Shown here: piece after piece, positions 50,885-60,380 of the stretch
Layout: each line of letters starts with the position of its first letter
Position numbering within the stretch: position 1 is the stretch's first letter
Source of the DNA: an uncultured virus (IMG/VR IMGVR_UViG_3300044825_003205)
Lineage: Duplodnaviria; Heunggongvirae; Uroviricota; Caudoviricetes
IMG/VR virus record: IMGVR_UViG_3300044825_003205
Span: 1 to 64,000 of that record
Length of the DNA: 64,000 nt
Direction: 5' to 3' (one strand)
Translations under genes and position numbers: made by a program
Notes under the pieces: model-generated
Told to the model about the DNA's origin: nothing
What the model saw: only the letters and a program-made list of their open reading frames with translations
The model's database searches: none

Positions 50885-52828
50885 TTAGGCGGTGGTGTTC
50901 TTCATAGAACCGAAATTCATTGTTTTCATTTTTTCTACAACATTTGTTGTAAATGTTTCCTTAAGTCTTTCACTATTGACTAAATTGTCCTCTATTTTTG
51001 CATAATCCATTCCACTGTCCCCTTTGATATTTAATTCAAAAATTGCCGGTTTAGAAGCATCGAAACTTACAACAACCTGTTTATCACTGTCAACCATTGT
51101 TGTTTTTATCTCTCTTACAATTTCAGTTACTGTGGTGTTTCCCATGTTGTTTGCTACTGGTGTTGCAATTCTTCCTACCTTTGAATCTAAGTTATCTATT
51201 TTTGTATTAATGCTTGAGGTTGTTGTTTTTATCTCACCCATAATTTCACCCGAAGTATTCGGATTGGCGTTCGCCATTTTATCTATAGTTTTTACAGACC
51301 CTTTTTTTAATTGACTTTCGTCGTATTCTTTCTGAACGAACTTTTGAACCGCTCTACCAATCTCGGTATTGTTATTTGCATTTTCCTGTAAAAACTTCTC
51401 TATTCCCGTTCTTAGTTCCTCATCTCCCTTACCTTGAAGTTTTTGTAGTTCTTTGATTGCGTTTTCCACTTCTTTCATACCACCCTCACTCAAACCATCT
51501 CCTTTACCCACCGCACTCACAAAGTTTCTTATTAGGTCCATAGATTTTTCGGCACCATCTCTGAACATTTTCAAATCAACACTACTCGCCAATGCGTTTG
51601 AGCCGGCAGCTAACACTCCACGAGCACCTTCAGCTCCTTCTCTAACTGTTGGTGTAGAAACTATCCCAAGAACCACTTTGTCTTTGATTGACTTAACGTC
51701 ACTTTTTACTAAAGTAAAAGCATCCAATTGAGCTCTCTGTAAGTCTTCAACTGTCTTTGGACCTTTTTTTTGTTCTTCTATTAGTTTGTCTATCTGTTGT
51801 TGTGAAAGTTTTTCTAATTGTAAAGTATCATCGCCAACTTTGATTTCATATTTACCACCATCCCCCATCTTAGCAATATTTGCCAAATATTTCTTATCCT
51901 CTTCATTTTCGAATTGTATGTCAGGTCTAATCTGTGAGAGTTTTTTATCTAATTCCGCAGCATTCAAAGACATTTTTGAGAGTTCTTGACTACTTAAACC
52001 AGTCTGTTTTTGTAATTCTCTCATCATCAACATACCCTGAGGATTAATTTTAAACTGTCCTGCTTTTTCATCGAAGTAAGCAAATTGTTTGGACATATTC
52101 ACAATACTATTTTGTAAACCCTCTGGGTCATTCAACGATTTGTTCATCAATTGGAAGGGGTCTGTCAAATCTCCTGCTGAAACACCTAATCTTTGGAAAG
52201 CCGATGCTAATTCTATAGCTCCTTCTGGGTCTAATGCTCTCTCAGCTAAATCCATAGTAACTCTCATGTCGGTTTTTAACATGGCCGCCTGTGCCGCCAT
52301 TTTTGTAAGTCCTACAACACCATCCTGAAAATTAAACCTGTTCATAGCCGACATATCGTTAAGAACATTGCGCATTATCAACCTTGTGTTTCCTCCAACA
52401 CTTTGTATGTATTGAATTGATTCTTCTATTTTTCCACCCACTTGAGTAAACTCTACCCCTACCTCTGAAAAACTTTCTACAATAGTTTGAACTTCTTCCC
52501 CCAAAACTTGACTACTTGCAAATAATTTGGATACTTGTTCTTCTCCAGCAACAACATTTCTTCTTGTTGCTTTACCAACGGCTTCGATAGTTTCGACAGC
52601 GTCTTTAAGGTTACCACCCAATCTATCAACTGCAGGAGTGGCATCAGTAACCGCCCCCATGAGTTCTTGCATTCTCTGTCTACCAATTCCGAATTGTTTA
52701 ATCAACTCTTCAGCACCACCAACCATGTTAGCAAAACCTGCTGCAATATCATCACTACCAATTTTTGCCTCATCATATAATTTTCTGAGTGCTTCGGTAA
52801 GACTTTTGACTTTATCCTCTTCGTTCAT
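50885..52828 (-). CDS. Tape measure protein
   Basis: Helical Ala/Glu/Lys/Met-rich 647-aa protein directly after the chaperone and tube genes. Confidence 0.75.
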   Translation of the reverse strand: MNEEDKVKSLTEALRKLYDEAKIGSDDIAAGFANMVGGAEELIKQFGIGRQRMQELMGAVTDATPAVDRLGGNLKDAVETIEAVGKATRRNVVAGEEQVSKLFASSQVLGEEVQTIVESFSEVGVEFTQVGGKIEESIQYIQSVGGNTRLIMRNVLNDMSAMNRFNFQDGVVGLTKMAAQAAMLKTDMRVTMDLAERALDPEGAIELASAFQRLGVSAGDLTDPFQLMNKSLNDPEGLQNSIVNMSKQFAYFDEKAGQFKINPQGMLMMRELQKQTGLSSQELSKMSLNAAELDKKLSQIRPDIQFENEEDKKYLANIAKMGDGGKYEIKVGDDTLQLEKLSQQQIDKLIEEQKKGPKTVEDLQRAQLDAFTLVKSDVKSIKDKVVLGIVSTPTVREGAEGARGVLAAGSNALASSVDLKMFRDGAEKSMDLIRNFVSAVGKGDGLSEGGMKEVENAIKELQKLQGKGDEELRTGIEKFLQENANNNTEIGRAVQKFVQKEYDESQLKKGSVKTIDKMANANPNTSGEIMGEIKTTTSSINTKIDNLDSKVGRIATPVANNMGNTTVTEIVREIKTTMVDSDKQVVVSFDASKPAIFELNIKGDSGMDYAKIEDNLVNSERLKETFTTNVVEKMKTMNFGSMKNTTA

Positions 52829-52854
52829 GTATAATTGGTTTCTATATAAATAGA

Positions 52855-52879
52855 AGAAGGGTTATAATTTAACCCTTCT
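52855..52879. terminator. Hairpin overlapping the stop codon of the chaperone extension ORF
   Basis: agaagggtta-taatt-taacccttct perfect 10-bp stem. Confidence 0.5.
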
Positions 52880-53048
52880 GATTTTCTTGAATCCATTTAT
52901 CAAGTAGATATTTCCTTACAAAAATTGGCATTTTCTCGAAATCAGTCCAACTAACTTTCAACAACGTTGATAAGTAATAGAATTCGTCGAGTTGACCTTT
53001 CCTATAATCAGAAGAAAGGGCGAAAGAAATCAACCCCAAAACCAACAT
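52869..53048 (-). CDS. Tail assembly chaperone C-terminal extension (gpT-like), probably reached by frameshift; independent ATG possible at 53048
   Basis: Not in the ORF track. +1 frame reads ...FALSSDYRKGQLDEFYYLSTLLKVSWTDFEKMPIFVRKYLLDKWIQENQKG*; overlaps the chaperone 3' end and fills the gap to the tape measure gene. Confidence 0.7.
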   Translation of the reverse strand: MLVLGLISFALSSDYRKGQLDEFYYLSTLLKVSWTDFEKMPIFVRKYLLDKWIQENQKG

Positions 53049-53751
53049 TAACTGTAAGTTTTTCTCCTGATGGGGTTGTTACTATTTTAGACATATCGAG
53101 TTTTGGTTCGTTGTCATTCATAAACTTCTTAATGTATTTGGAATCTGCAATTGGTAATTGTTCTACAAACTTAGCAATTTCTCCCTTATCTTGTGTTCCG
53201 TTGACCTCAACTATTTGTCGTTGTAACTTTAATGTTACATAAGGAGCAACTCTTCCTTGGGGATAGGAGTCTATAGTTTTACTTATTTCTCTAATTTCAC
53301 CATATGTTAATGGTTTTAACTTGATAGTTGAACCAGTTTTGGGTAGAGTAGTTATAAAGTACCCATCAGATGTTGGTTCCTGACCTTTTAAAATTGACAT
53401 TTGGTCCAAAGTCACGTTAACTTGAAATTGTTTCCCTGTCTTGGGGTCAGTAGTTGTAATCATCATGTCGGGACCAAAAGCGGTATTCCTCAAAAAGATT
53501 AATACAGATTCAACATCACCTTCCAACATGTCTTCAACTTTTAAATCAGGTTCGTAAATTTTGTTCCTGAGAAGATTGATTGCAAGATTATCACCCCCTG
53601 CCATGATAATATTTTCATCATAAGCGGTTAGATATCCAACTTTAATTGACTTTTTCTTGTTCTTATAAAAAATCCCCTCTGATGGTAGAGGTACTACGTC
53701 GTGTGGTAAAGAAATGTTCTCTTGACCATACATTCTTGATTGTTCATCCAT
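53008..53751 (-). CDS. Tail assembly chaperone / T4 gp26-like hub assembly protein
   Basis: VPLPSEGIFY, YLTAYDENI, GDVESVLIFLRNTAFG, ends DFFRPFF; lies between tube and tape measure genes. Confidence 0.75.
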   Translation of the reverse strand: MDEQSRMYGQENISLPHDVVPLPSEGIFYKNKKKSIKVGYLTAYDENIIMAGGDNLAINLLRNKIYEPDLKVEDMLEGDVESVLIFLRNTAFGPDMMITTTDPKTGKQFQVNVTLDQMSILKGQEPTSDGYFITTLPKTGSTIKLKPLTYGEIREISKTIDSYPQGRVAPYVTLKLQRQIVEVNGTQDKGEIAKFVEQLPIADSKYIKKFMNDNEPKLDMSKIVTTPSGEKLTVNVGFGVDFFRPFF

Positions 53752-53762
53752 AATATAAAAAA

Positions 53763-53794
53763 TTAACCCTGAAGTTTATGTTCTTCAGGGTTAA
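53763..53794. terminator. Hairpin downstream of the tail tube gene
   Basis: ttaaccctgaag-N8-cttcagggttaa perfect 12-bp stem. Confidence 0.6.
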
Positions 53795-53826
53795 ATATAA
53801 AAAAAGTATTTATTTTATAAATAATA

Positions 53827-54315
53827 TTAGTAAACCAATACACAACGGTCCATTCTCATAGAAGCAGTAATTGTTGCTAAACCATCTTGGTTGTATGCCA
53901 ATGTATTAAAATTCACATCAGTCAAGAAAGTTCCATAAAGAATCCACTTCTCAACTACAACACCTGTTGGGTCCAACATCTCGAGGTCAATATCTTTTTT
54001 GTAACCCGCAGCATAACCCATACGACCTGTTACAGACTCAGCGTGTAAACGAACCCACTCCATGAGAGCTTGCGCTGCTGAAGGACCAATCGGGTCTCTA
54101 AATGTCACGTTAAGTGCTTGCCAGTTGAATCTACCGGCTACATATGTAGATGTATTTAAAAAAGGTATTTCTGTTGCAGCGATTTGAATATGTGGTCTAG
54201 CCGTACTCTCTACAAACCATTCGTTGATACCCAAACTTGAAGGAAACCTTAGGATGAATCGATTCTGACGTTTCGGTTCGTAAGGTATCGGCATTTTCAT
54301 TAATAAATCAGCCAT
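53827..54315 (-). CDS. Tail tube protein (T4 gp19-like)
   Basis: EPKRQNRF, YVAGRFNWQ, DPIGPSAAQALMEW, GYKKD, LDPTGVVVEKW. Confidence 0.9.
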   Translation of the reverse strand: MADLLMKMPIPYEPKRQNRFILRFPSSLGINEWFVESTARPHIQIAATEIPFLNTSTYVAGRFNWQALNVTFRDPIGPSAAQALMEWVRLHAESVTGRMGYAAGYKKDIDLEMLDPTGVVVEKWILYGTFLTDVNFNTLAYNQDGLATITASMRMDRCVLVY

Positions 54316-54409
54316 GTTATTATAAATTTAAATTTTTTTTGTTTATATGTTATAAATATACTCACAGGTAAAATTTTTCTATTTACTTCCTGTTTTAAAA
54401 AAAATATAC

Positions 54410-55237
54410 TTATTTAACTTCCTTTTTAGTTCCAGATGCAGTAGAAAATGTCTTTACCTCTTTACCTGGTTTATTTTCGAAATGTTTCTTCATTACTTCT
54501 ACATTCTTAGGGTCATCATCAGAAAAACCTATAAATGTTTTAGCTGGTACAAATTTATTTCCTATGTCACTTTTTATATAAGCTTTCTTATTCAATACAG
54601 CCGCCATTCCTTTAATATAAGATACAAAATCATCCATAGCCATTACTTTTAATTCTTCAGGACTAGCAGCCCCTTTCTCTTCACCGAAACTGACAGGATG
54701 ATACTTATTTAATTCTAAATAGGATTTTATTAATTCAGAATCACTCATGTCGTCTTCATCAACAAAGGTTCTATATTTTCTTAAATTTTTTAGTAACATA
54801 TCTTTGTCGATTCCGTTGAAACCACTTACGATGTAATTATAAACCGCTTTCTTTAATGTCTCAGGTTTGTGTCCCCTTGCAGTAATAATTGCAAAAATCG
54901 AACCGTTATTAATTGCTTCTTTGAAATCGTCGAAAGCAGGACCCGGTTCTGCTCTCATAGCGTCTATCAAAAATTGTTTGTCACCTTCTACTCTAAAGTT
55001 TCTGAAAGGTTCTTTTCCGTAGCCAGTGATGGTTTTACCTTTGTATTCGAAATTATTTTTACCTATTTCATGTCTATATTCCGCAAAGTCTTTTGTGGAC
55101 ATTCCCACTTCTTCACCATCATCAGTTGATAGAATAATTTCTGTAGGCATGTGAACTATGTTGTCGTCCCAATCGAAAGCATAATACTTCATGTTAGGAA
55201 CAAGTCTCTCACTGAAATTCTCTATTAAATAAATCAT
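54410..55237 (-). CDS. HAD-superfamily phosphatase-like protein
   Basis: YAFDWDDNI (motif I), IITARGH (motif II), GFSDDD..N (motif IV). Confidence 0.7.
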   Translation of the reverse strand: MIYLIENFSERLVPNMKYYAFDWDDNIVHMPTEIILSTDDGEEVGMSTKDFAEYRHEIGKNNFEYKGKTITGYGKEPFRNFRVEGDKQFLIDAMRAEPGPAFDDFKEAINNGSIFAIITARGHKPETLKKAVYNYIVSGFNGIDKDMLLKNLRKYRTFVDEDDMSDSELIKSYLELNKYHPVSFGEEKGAASPEELKVMAMDDFVSYIKGMAAVLNKKAYIKSDIGNKFVPAKTFIGFSDDDPKNVEVMKKHFENKPGKEVKTFSTASGTKKEVK

Positions 55238-55273
55238 TCTAATAAATAGCTTTATATTTTATTTCTATAAATA

Positions 55274-55302
55274 TAAAACCCCCACTTGAAGTGTGGGGGT
55301 TT
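55274..55302 (-). terminator. Rho-independent terminator after the tail sheath gene
   Basis: aaacccccac-ttgaagt-gtgggggttt GC-rich stem with A/T flanks. Confidence 0.75.
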
Positions 55303-55323
55303 ATTTTTAATTGTTAAAATTTA

Positions 55324-58300
55324 TTAGATATTCTCGAACGAAGCACCTGTAGGTGTGATAAAGAATTCTATATCAATGAATTCAAGTGCTTTTGTTGGTT
55401 TTAGATAAATTTTACCTGTAAGTGTATTTCTATCCAAATCCTCAGGTGTAGACAATACTGTTACACGGAAATCATAAAGACCTCTGTCTCTTCTGATACC
55501 ATCAAGAATTGGGTTTACACTGTCAAGGAACTGTTGTCTCACAATTTGGTCGTTTTGTTCGAACAATAACCTTACCGCTACTGCTGAAATCAACTTACGA
55601 GCTTGTAAAAGTAATCTTCTAACATTCAATCTGTTGAGTGCAGAATCCGCAACTTGTAAAGTTTTGTTACCCCAAATTACAGTACCAACGTCAGAGAAAG
55701 TTGCAATTGGGTTTATTCTACCTTGATACAACGTATCTCTATCTTCTTGTGTTAGTTTCAATCTAGCTTTAACTGAATTTACAAGACCTCTCGTATAACC
55801 CGCTGATGCGAACCAAGGGAATGCAATATTATCAGTTAGTGCTAAGTTTCTACAAACCTCACCTGTTGGAGGAAGATACAATTGTGTATTGTTTACAGTA
55901 TCTCTAACCAAAATCCAAGGATAGTATGTTGCTGTATAATTTGAATCAATTGCTGAATTATCCAAGTTATCAACAGCTTCTTGTGGATAGATTATCAAGT
56001 CAGTATTGTTAGAATCTGTAGTATACATCGGATAATCTGGTGTTGTTGCTATGTATACAGAATCCGCTCTTGAGAATTGAATCATGTTGATAGCCGCTTC
56101 CACAAGCTTGGGATTGTTTACATAATCAATACTCGAAGTTGCAAATACATTGATATTAGTTGATTCAGGGTTTTGGAATGATAAGATACCGAGTAAGTAA
56201 GCATAATAATCGGTATTTGCAAAATCTTGTGAATTTTTATCGACAATTATCCTCTTAAACATACCTTCACCCGAAGCTGTTGGGTATCTTGTTGATGGAG
56301 CAGCTCCTGCTAAGTAACCCGAAGCACCCAATCTAAATCTATCTTCATTCGTTCTATACTCTCTGTAGATATCCCAACCATCGAATCCACCAGCAAAACA
56401 TACTGTGAATTTCCTTGAGTAGATATAATAGTACGGGTTTTCTTGACTTTCAATTTCTGCTCTGAATTCAGCATCTCCACAATCAAATGCAGTTTCACCA
56501 CTTGTTACATATTCAGAACCAATGGTCACAACAGTAGCACCTGAGTCCATATGGAAACCTTTAGTAAGGTAGTTCCAAGGTTCAGAGTCTGTTGCTACAC
56601 CCCAAGTTGCTGCTGAAGGATTTCTTTTACCTTTATATTGTAAGAAAGATAAATCAGTCCCTATTCTTGTTGAAAAACCTAAGTAAGTTCTTCTAACATT
56701 ATCACCGGCAGATTCATCTATTGAAGCACCCGCTGCGGAGATACCGAATGGAGGATTATAAATTACTTCACCAGGGAAATTGTATTGTGTTTTGTAGATT
56801 GGGACAGGAGAAGGGTTTGCAATTGTATCATAAACTCTTTGGTCGTAACCATAGAATCCACAAGGTAATGCATCTATTGGAGCTTCGTTAGAAAGTTCAA
56901 CCATTATGTTTGTTGATACTAATGGATATTCACCATCGAAAGAACCTATCTTTTTACCAATGAAGCTGTTAGAAGCTGGGTCCATTGTACAGTTAGTGAA
57001 TTTTTCAATCACTACCGGATTTTGGTCAGTATCAAAGAAGTCTCTCACCAATACATCAAAAGATAGATTTGAGAAAGAAATGTTCGCAATAGAAACCTTT
57101 ATTTGTGTGTTTGCATCAGAACCATCTGAAATAGAATGGAATCTAAATAACTTATAAACTTTATTACCTCTAAGTTCGGAAACTAAGAATGGGGTAAGAG
57201 GAGTTTGATATTTTTCTAAATTCCATGCAATAGAATCAGAATTATAAGAAACTGCGGCAGGGAGAGCAACCATATTACAATCCAAACCTCTGATGTAACC
57301 TTTATCATATAGTTCATTAAGTTCCACAGGATAGATTTCTTCAACAAAGATAGGAACTTCATTTCTATTTTTATCAAAGTTAGAAACACCCAAAACTTTA
57401 GTTAGGTACCTACTATCACTTATGGAGAATGAAGATTGGAAACTGAAGTTGTCGCCATCTGCTGTTACACCTGATAACAAGAAAGTTCCGAAAGGATTTT
57501 CACTAACTCCTGAGTAAGAACCTGTACAATCCATGATTAAATCTGTTGTACCTGTAACCTGATACTGAGGACCATGTAGTGTTGTAGAATAACTACTTAT
57601 TCCTCTAGAACGTAAAGTTGCTAATACTAGATTATTGTATTCAGAATATGCTGTACCTGAGTAAGAATATACGTTACCTGAAATAGTACCAGTAAAGTTT
57701 CCACCACCGCTATTCGTTAAAGAACTAACCACATAATTAAAAGAAAAACCTGAGTATTGATTACCTGAATAGTTTGAAAAATTCGAATAGTACCAAGGGT
57801 AGTTATCTCCATCGCTCAAAACATTTGATGAAAAATTCAAAGAATTTACACCAAATACGTTTGTGATTGCTGAGTAAGATGCCGAAAGAGCAGTGTAGTC
57901 AGCTCCGATAATCGAACCATAAACTATTGCAGTTGAGGCAGAAGAAGATGGTGTGTCCAATATTTGACCCAAATAAACTTGAAAATCATTATTAAAAGTT
58001 GAAGTCGAACCATCAGATAATCTATACTGAGAATTTAACAAAGCATTTACAGTAGCAGGTAGTGAGCCTGTTAAAGTAATTGTATTACCCGTTGAGTTAC
58101 CCGAGAAGTTACAAGTCCAAGGAGTACCTGAACCCTCAGACAAACCAATTGTTGAAGTATTAACGTTTGCCTTCGCCAATATAGTCCATGAAGGTCCTGC
58201 ATCATAACCTGAAAGACCTAAAATTCTTGTTACGAAAAGTTGGTTAGATTGTTGTAGATATGATTTAGCAATATATGCTGCTTCATATTTTGGGATTTGT

Positions 58301-58518
58301 GTACCCTGAAATTTTGTAGGTTCTGTCCCTCCAAAAAAAGATTGAAATTCATCGTAGTTTGTTATGAAAATAGGTTCGAAAGCGGGACCTCTAAGAGTCT
58401 CACCAACCAAACCCAACGTCGTAACACCTACACTCTGCGCCACAAAAGACAAGTCAGTTTCTGAGGTATAAACACCTGGAGAAACGAACACTTTCTGATT
58501 TACTTGAGCTGTTGCCAT
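55324..58518 (-). CDS. Tail sheath protein (T4 gp18-like), 1064 aa
   Basis: SPGVYTSETDLS, GETLRGPAFEP, PWFASAGYTRG, RINPI..WGNKTLQ..SALNRLNVRRLL, KPTKALEFI. Confidence 0.95.
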   Translation of the reverse strand: MATAQVNQKVFVSPGVYTSETDLSFVAQSVGVTTLGLVGETLRGPAFEPIFITNYDEFQSFFGGTEPTKFQGTQIPKYEAAYIAKSYLQQSNQLFVTRILGLSGYDAGPSWTILAKANVNTSTIGLSEGSGTPWTCNFSGNSTGNTITLTGSLPATVNALLNSQYRLSDGSTSTFNNDFQVYLGQILDTPSSSASTAIVYGSIIGADYTALSASYSAITNVFGVNSLNFSSNVLSDGDNYPWYYSNFSNYSGNQYSGFSFNYVVSSLTNSGGGNFTGTISGNVYSYSGTAYSEYNNLVLATLRSRGISSYSTTLHGPQYQVTGTTDLIMDCTGSYSGVSENPFGTFLLSGVTADGDNFSFQSSFSISDSRYLTKVLGVSNFDKNRNEVPIFVEEIYPVELNELYDKGYIRGLDCNMVALPAAVSYNSDSIAWNLEKYQTPLTPFLVSELRGNKVYKLFRFHSISDGSDANTQIKVSIANISFSNLSFDVLVRDFFDTDQNPVVIEKFTNCTMDPASNSFIGKKIGSFDGEYPLVSTNIMVELSNEAPIDALPCGFYGYDQRVYDTIANPSPVPIYKTQYNFPGEVIYNPPFGISAAGASIDESAGDNVRRTYLGFSTRIGTDLSFLQYKGKRNPSAATWGVATDSEPWNYLTKGFHMDSGATVVTIGSEYVTSGETAFDCGDAEFRAEIESQENPYYYIYSRKFTVCFAGGFDGWDIYREYRTNEDRFRLGASGYLAGAAPSTRYPTASGEGMFKRIIVDKNSQDFANTDYYAYLLGILSFQNPESTNINVFATSSIDYVNNPKLVEAAINMIQFSRADSVYIATTPDYPMYTTDSNNTDLIIYPQEAVDNLDNSAIDSNYTATYYPWILVRDTVNNTQLYLPPTGEVCRNLALTDNIAFPWFASAGYTRGLVNSVKARLKLTQEDRDTLYQGRINPIATFSDVGTVIWGNKTLQVADSALNRLNVRRLLLQARKLISAVAVRLLFEQNDQIVRQQFLDSVNPILDGIRRDRGLYDFRVTVLSTPEDLDRNTLTGKIYLKPTKALEFIDIEFFITPTGASFENI

Positions 58519-58552
58519 TATTTACGGTTTCTATTTAGATTTATTTTTATTC

Positions 58553-58603
58553 ATAAATATTCAAGTAAGAATGAAAAAACTTTACTTTTTCAAATCTATT
58601 TAT
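58553..58603. promoter_or_regulatory. Back-to-back TATTTAT motifs for the sheath gene (minus, 58553-58559) and the RHH gene (plus, 58597-58603)
   Basis: Same 7-mer as in about 15 other intergenic gaps, oriented with the downstream gene. Confidence 0.6.
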
Positions 58604-58607
58604 AAAC

Positions 58608-58627
58608 AGGAAGAAACTATTCTACCT
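58608..58627. promoter_or_regulatory. Imperfect palindrome, candidate RHH operator
   Basis: AGGAAGAA-acta-TTCTACCT (7 of 8 pairs) between the TATTTAT motif and the RHH start codon. Confidence 0.4.
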
Positions 58628-58638
58628 TTTTTATCTTT

Positions 58639-58806
58639 ATGGGAGGATTATACGATAACGAAATAAAAAACATTAAAATATCAAAAGAAGTACACGATAT
58701 TCTAAAAAAGTATTGTGACAAAAAAGGAATTAAAATATACAAATTCTTAGAGACCTTGATATTAGAAAAGTGTAAAGAGAAAAAAGATATATACGGAGAG
58801 GATTAA
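58639..58806 (+). CDS. Small ribbon-helix-helix-like DNA-binding protein (55 aa)
   Basis: Not in the ORF track. MGGLYDNEIKNIKISKEVHDILKKYCDKKGIKIYKFLETLILEKCKEKKDIYGED shows a strand-helix-Gly-helix pattern of CopG/Arc-like proteins. Confidence 0.7.
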   Translation: MGGLYDNEIKNIKISKEVHDILKKYCDKKGIKIYKFLETLILEKCKEKKDIYGED

Positions 58807-59846
58807 ACCAATCTGTTAGCTATTTGCATAATTGAATTTCGTGAGTTGTCGTCTTTAGTGACTTCCACTCTCAAAATATCATTTGTATCTAAAAATATTT
58901 CCGAAACATCAGAACCGAAATATTGGTTGTTGATAAAAATATCATAAGATGAAATGTTTGTAGTGTTAGTAATTGTGACATTAACACGATTATCAATTAT
59001 TTCACTAAGAACTGTGGTGCCTGATACAAATAAAAATTCATTAACAAATGTACTGGTGTTAGGTGGTTCAGATTTTCTTTTCCTTCCAATTGAAGGTCCA
59101 TCCGAAACTTCCATCATGGTAAGCACTCTCGAAATTGCTGGCTTAACTTCAAACTCATCTTCGTCAATCAAATACCCTAACATTGTGAAGTCATAGTTTT
59201 GAACATAATATTTTCTTTTATCTAAGTCACTCACACTTTCATCGCTTACATTATTCATTATGATAGGAACATATTGACCTTTGATAAAAGTATATGCTTG
59301 ACGAGAAGAAAATTTTTGTAATACAATTTTGTTAAACTCATTGAGTTCTCTCATTCTATTACAAACAATCCTAACATTGAAAGTCATATCTACTGGAACA
59401 GGTTGTGGTATTTTATATATGTCCATACCTTCCTGATTTCCATTCCATGTTGGTACCGATGCATAATAGAATTCTTTTCTATTTGGAATTGTATATTGTA
59501 GAGAAGGGTTTGTTCCATATTTCACATCTGGATTCCTCACAACCGTTATGAACGGGGGTTTTACATTAAAGTCTTGGTCAACAAAATTCCAAGTCTCTGT
59601 GAACTGAGTCCAATTCTGAGTCGTAATTATTATATCGATTAGAGGAACTAATTTACCCGCAGTTACTAAACGTAAATCTTCTTTAACAAAATCTAACATA
59701 CCTCTATCTAAATCTGAGTGTAGAACTGATTTAGGTAAGTAAGTACCATCCTTGTTTATATATTCAAGAAGTTGTTGCCTTCTCGCATACAAGGTTTTTT
59801 TTGGTTCTAAAGGTAAAGATTTTATGACTTTTTTCGGATAACCCAT
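58803..59846 (-). CDS. Tail completion/terminator protein (gp15-like)
   Basis: PPFITVVRNP, IPQPVPVDMTFNVRI; between neck and sheath genes. Start placed at 59846 (MGYPKK). Confidence 0.6.
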   Translation of the reverse strand: MGYPKKVIKSLPLEPKKTLYARRQQLLEYINKDGTYLPKSVLHSDLDRGMLDFVKEDLRLVTAGKLVPLIDIIITTQNWTQFTETWNFVDQDFNVKPPFITVVRNPDVKYGTNPSLQYTIPNRKEFYYASVPTWNGNQEGMDIYKIPQPVPVDMTFNVRIVCNRMRELNEFNKIVLQKFSSRQAYTFIKGQYVPIIMNNVSDESVSDLDKRKYYVQNYDFTMLGYLIDEDEFEVKPAISRVLTMMEVSDGPSIGRKRKSEPPNTSTFVNEFLFVSGTTVLSEIIDNRVNVTITNTTNISSYDIFINNQYFGSDVSEIFLDTNDILRVEVTKDDNSRNSIMQIANRLV

Positions 59847-59847
59847 A

Positions 59848-60375
59848 TTATAATTTATCACCAAATTTATTGAAAAAGAATTTAGGGATATCCGAGTGAC
59901 CCAAAGAAACCGAATATATGTCCTCCACCCCCGAATCTTTCAATTTATTTATTGCATATTTCAAAGAGGACGACCCCCATTGTCTTCCCTTTTGATAAAC
60001 TACCACCACATCTGAATTTTGAGGAATTTTTACTGATGTATACGAACCTTCTATTGAAGGGTCTATCAGTCCAACAAAGTTATAACCTTGTCCTATGGCC
60101 GGATAAGCTCTGAGACCACCCTTAGAAAACCCCGAAACAGAACTTATTTTTATCCCTTCAATTCTCCTTTTAACCTCATCAATTGTATATTGCCAAGGAA
60201 TAAAACAAAAAGGTTTGTTTCTTAATAAAGATTTAGGTACTTGTTCCATCATCCAATTAGGTGTTGCGTAATAAAGCCCTCCAAAAACCAAAGCCCCTGG
60301 TTCCGACTTGAAGTCATCTGGAACTGTTACAATTATTTCGCCAACCTTTTTAATTCTATAACCTAACTGTGACAT
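59848..60375 (-). CDS. Minimal alpha/beta-hydrolase-fold protein
   Basis: GFSKGG nucleophile elbow, GLIDP and C-terminal LGH. Confidence 0.55.
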   Translation of the reverse strand: MSQLGYRIKKVGEIIVTVPDDFKSEPGALVFGGLYYATPNWMMEQVPKSLLRNKPFCFIPWQYTIDEVKRRIEGIKISSVSGFSKGGLRAYPAIGQGYNFVGLIDPSIEGSYTSVKIPQNSDVVVVYQKGRQWGSSSLKYAINKLKDSGVEDIYSVSLGHSDIPKFFFNKFGDKL

Positions 60376-60380
60376 AACTT

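Noticed and set aside
52967..53242. Plus-strand 91-aa ORF over the chaperone end
   Set aside because: Antisense shadow; the minus-strand +1-frame ORF explains the region better
28326..58518. Bacterial contractile injection system (eCIS/T6SS) or eukaryotic giant virus
   Set aside because: Neck genes, tape measure and T4-like replication genes are interleaved with the tail genes, indicating a tailed phage despite the SET and SNF2 genes
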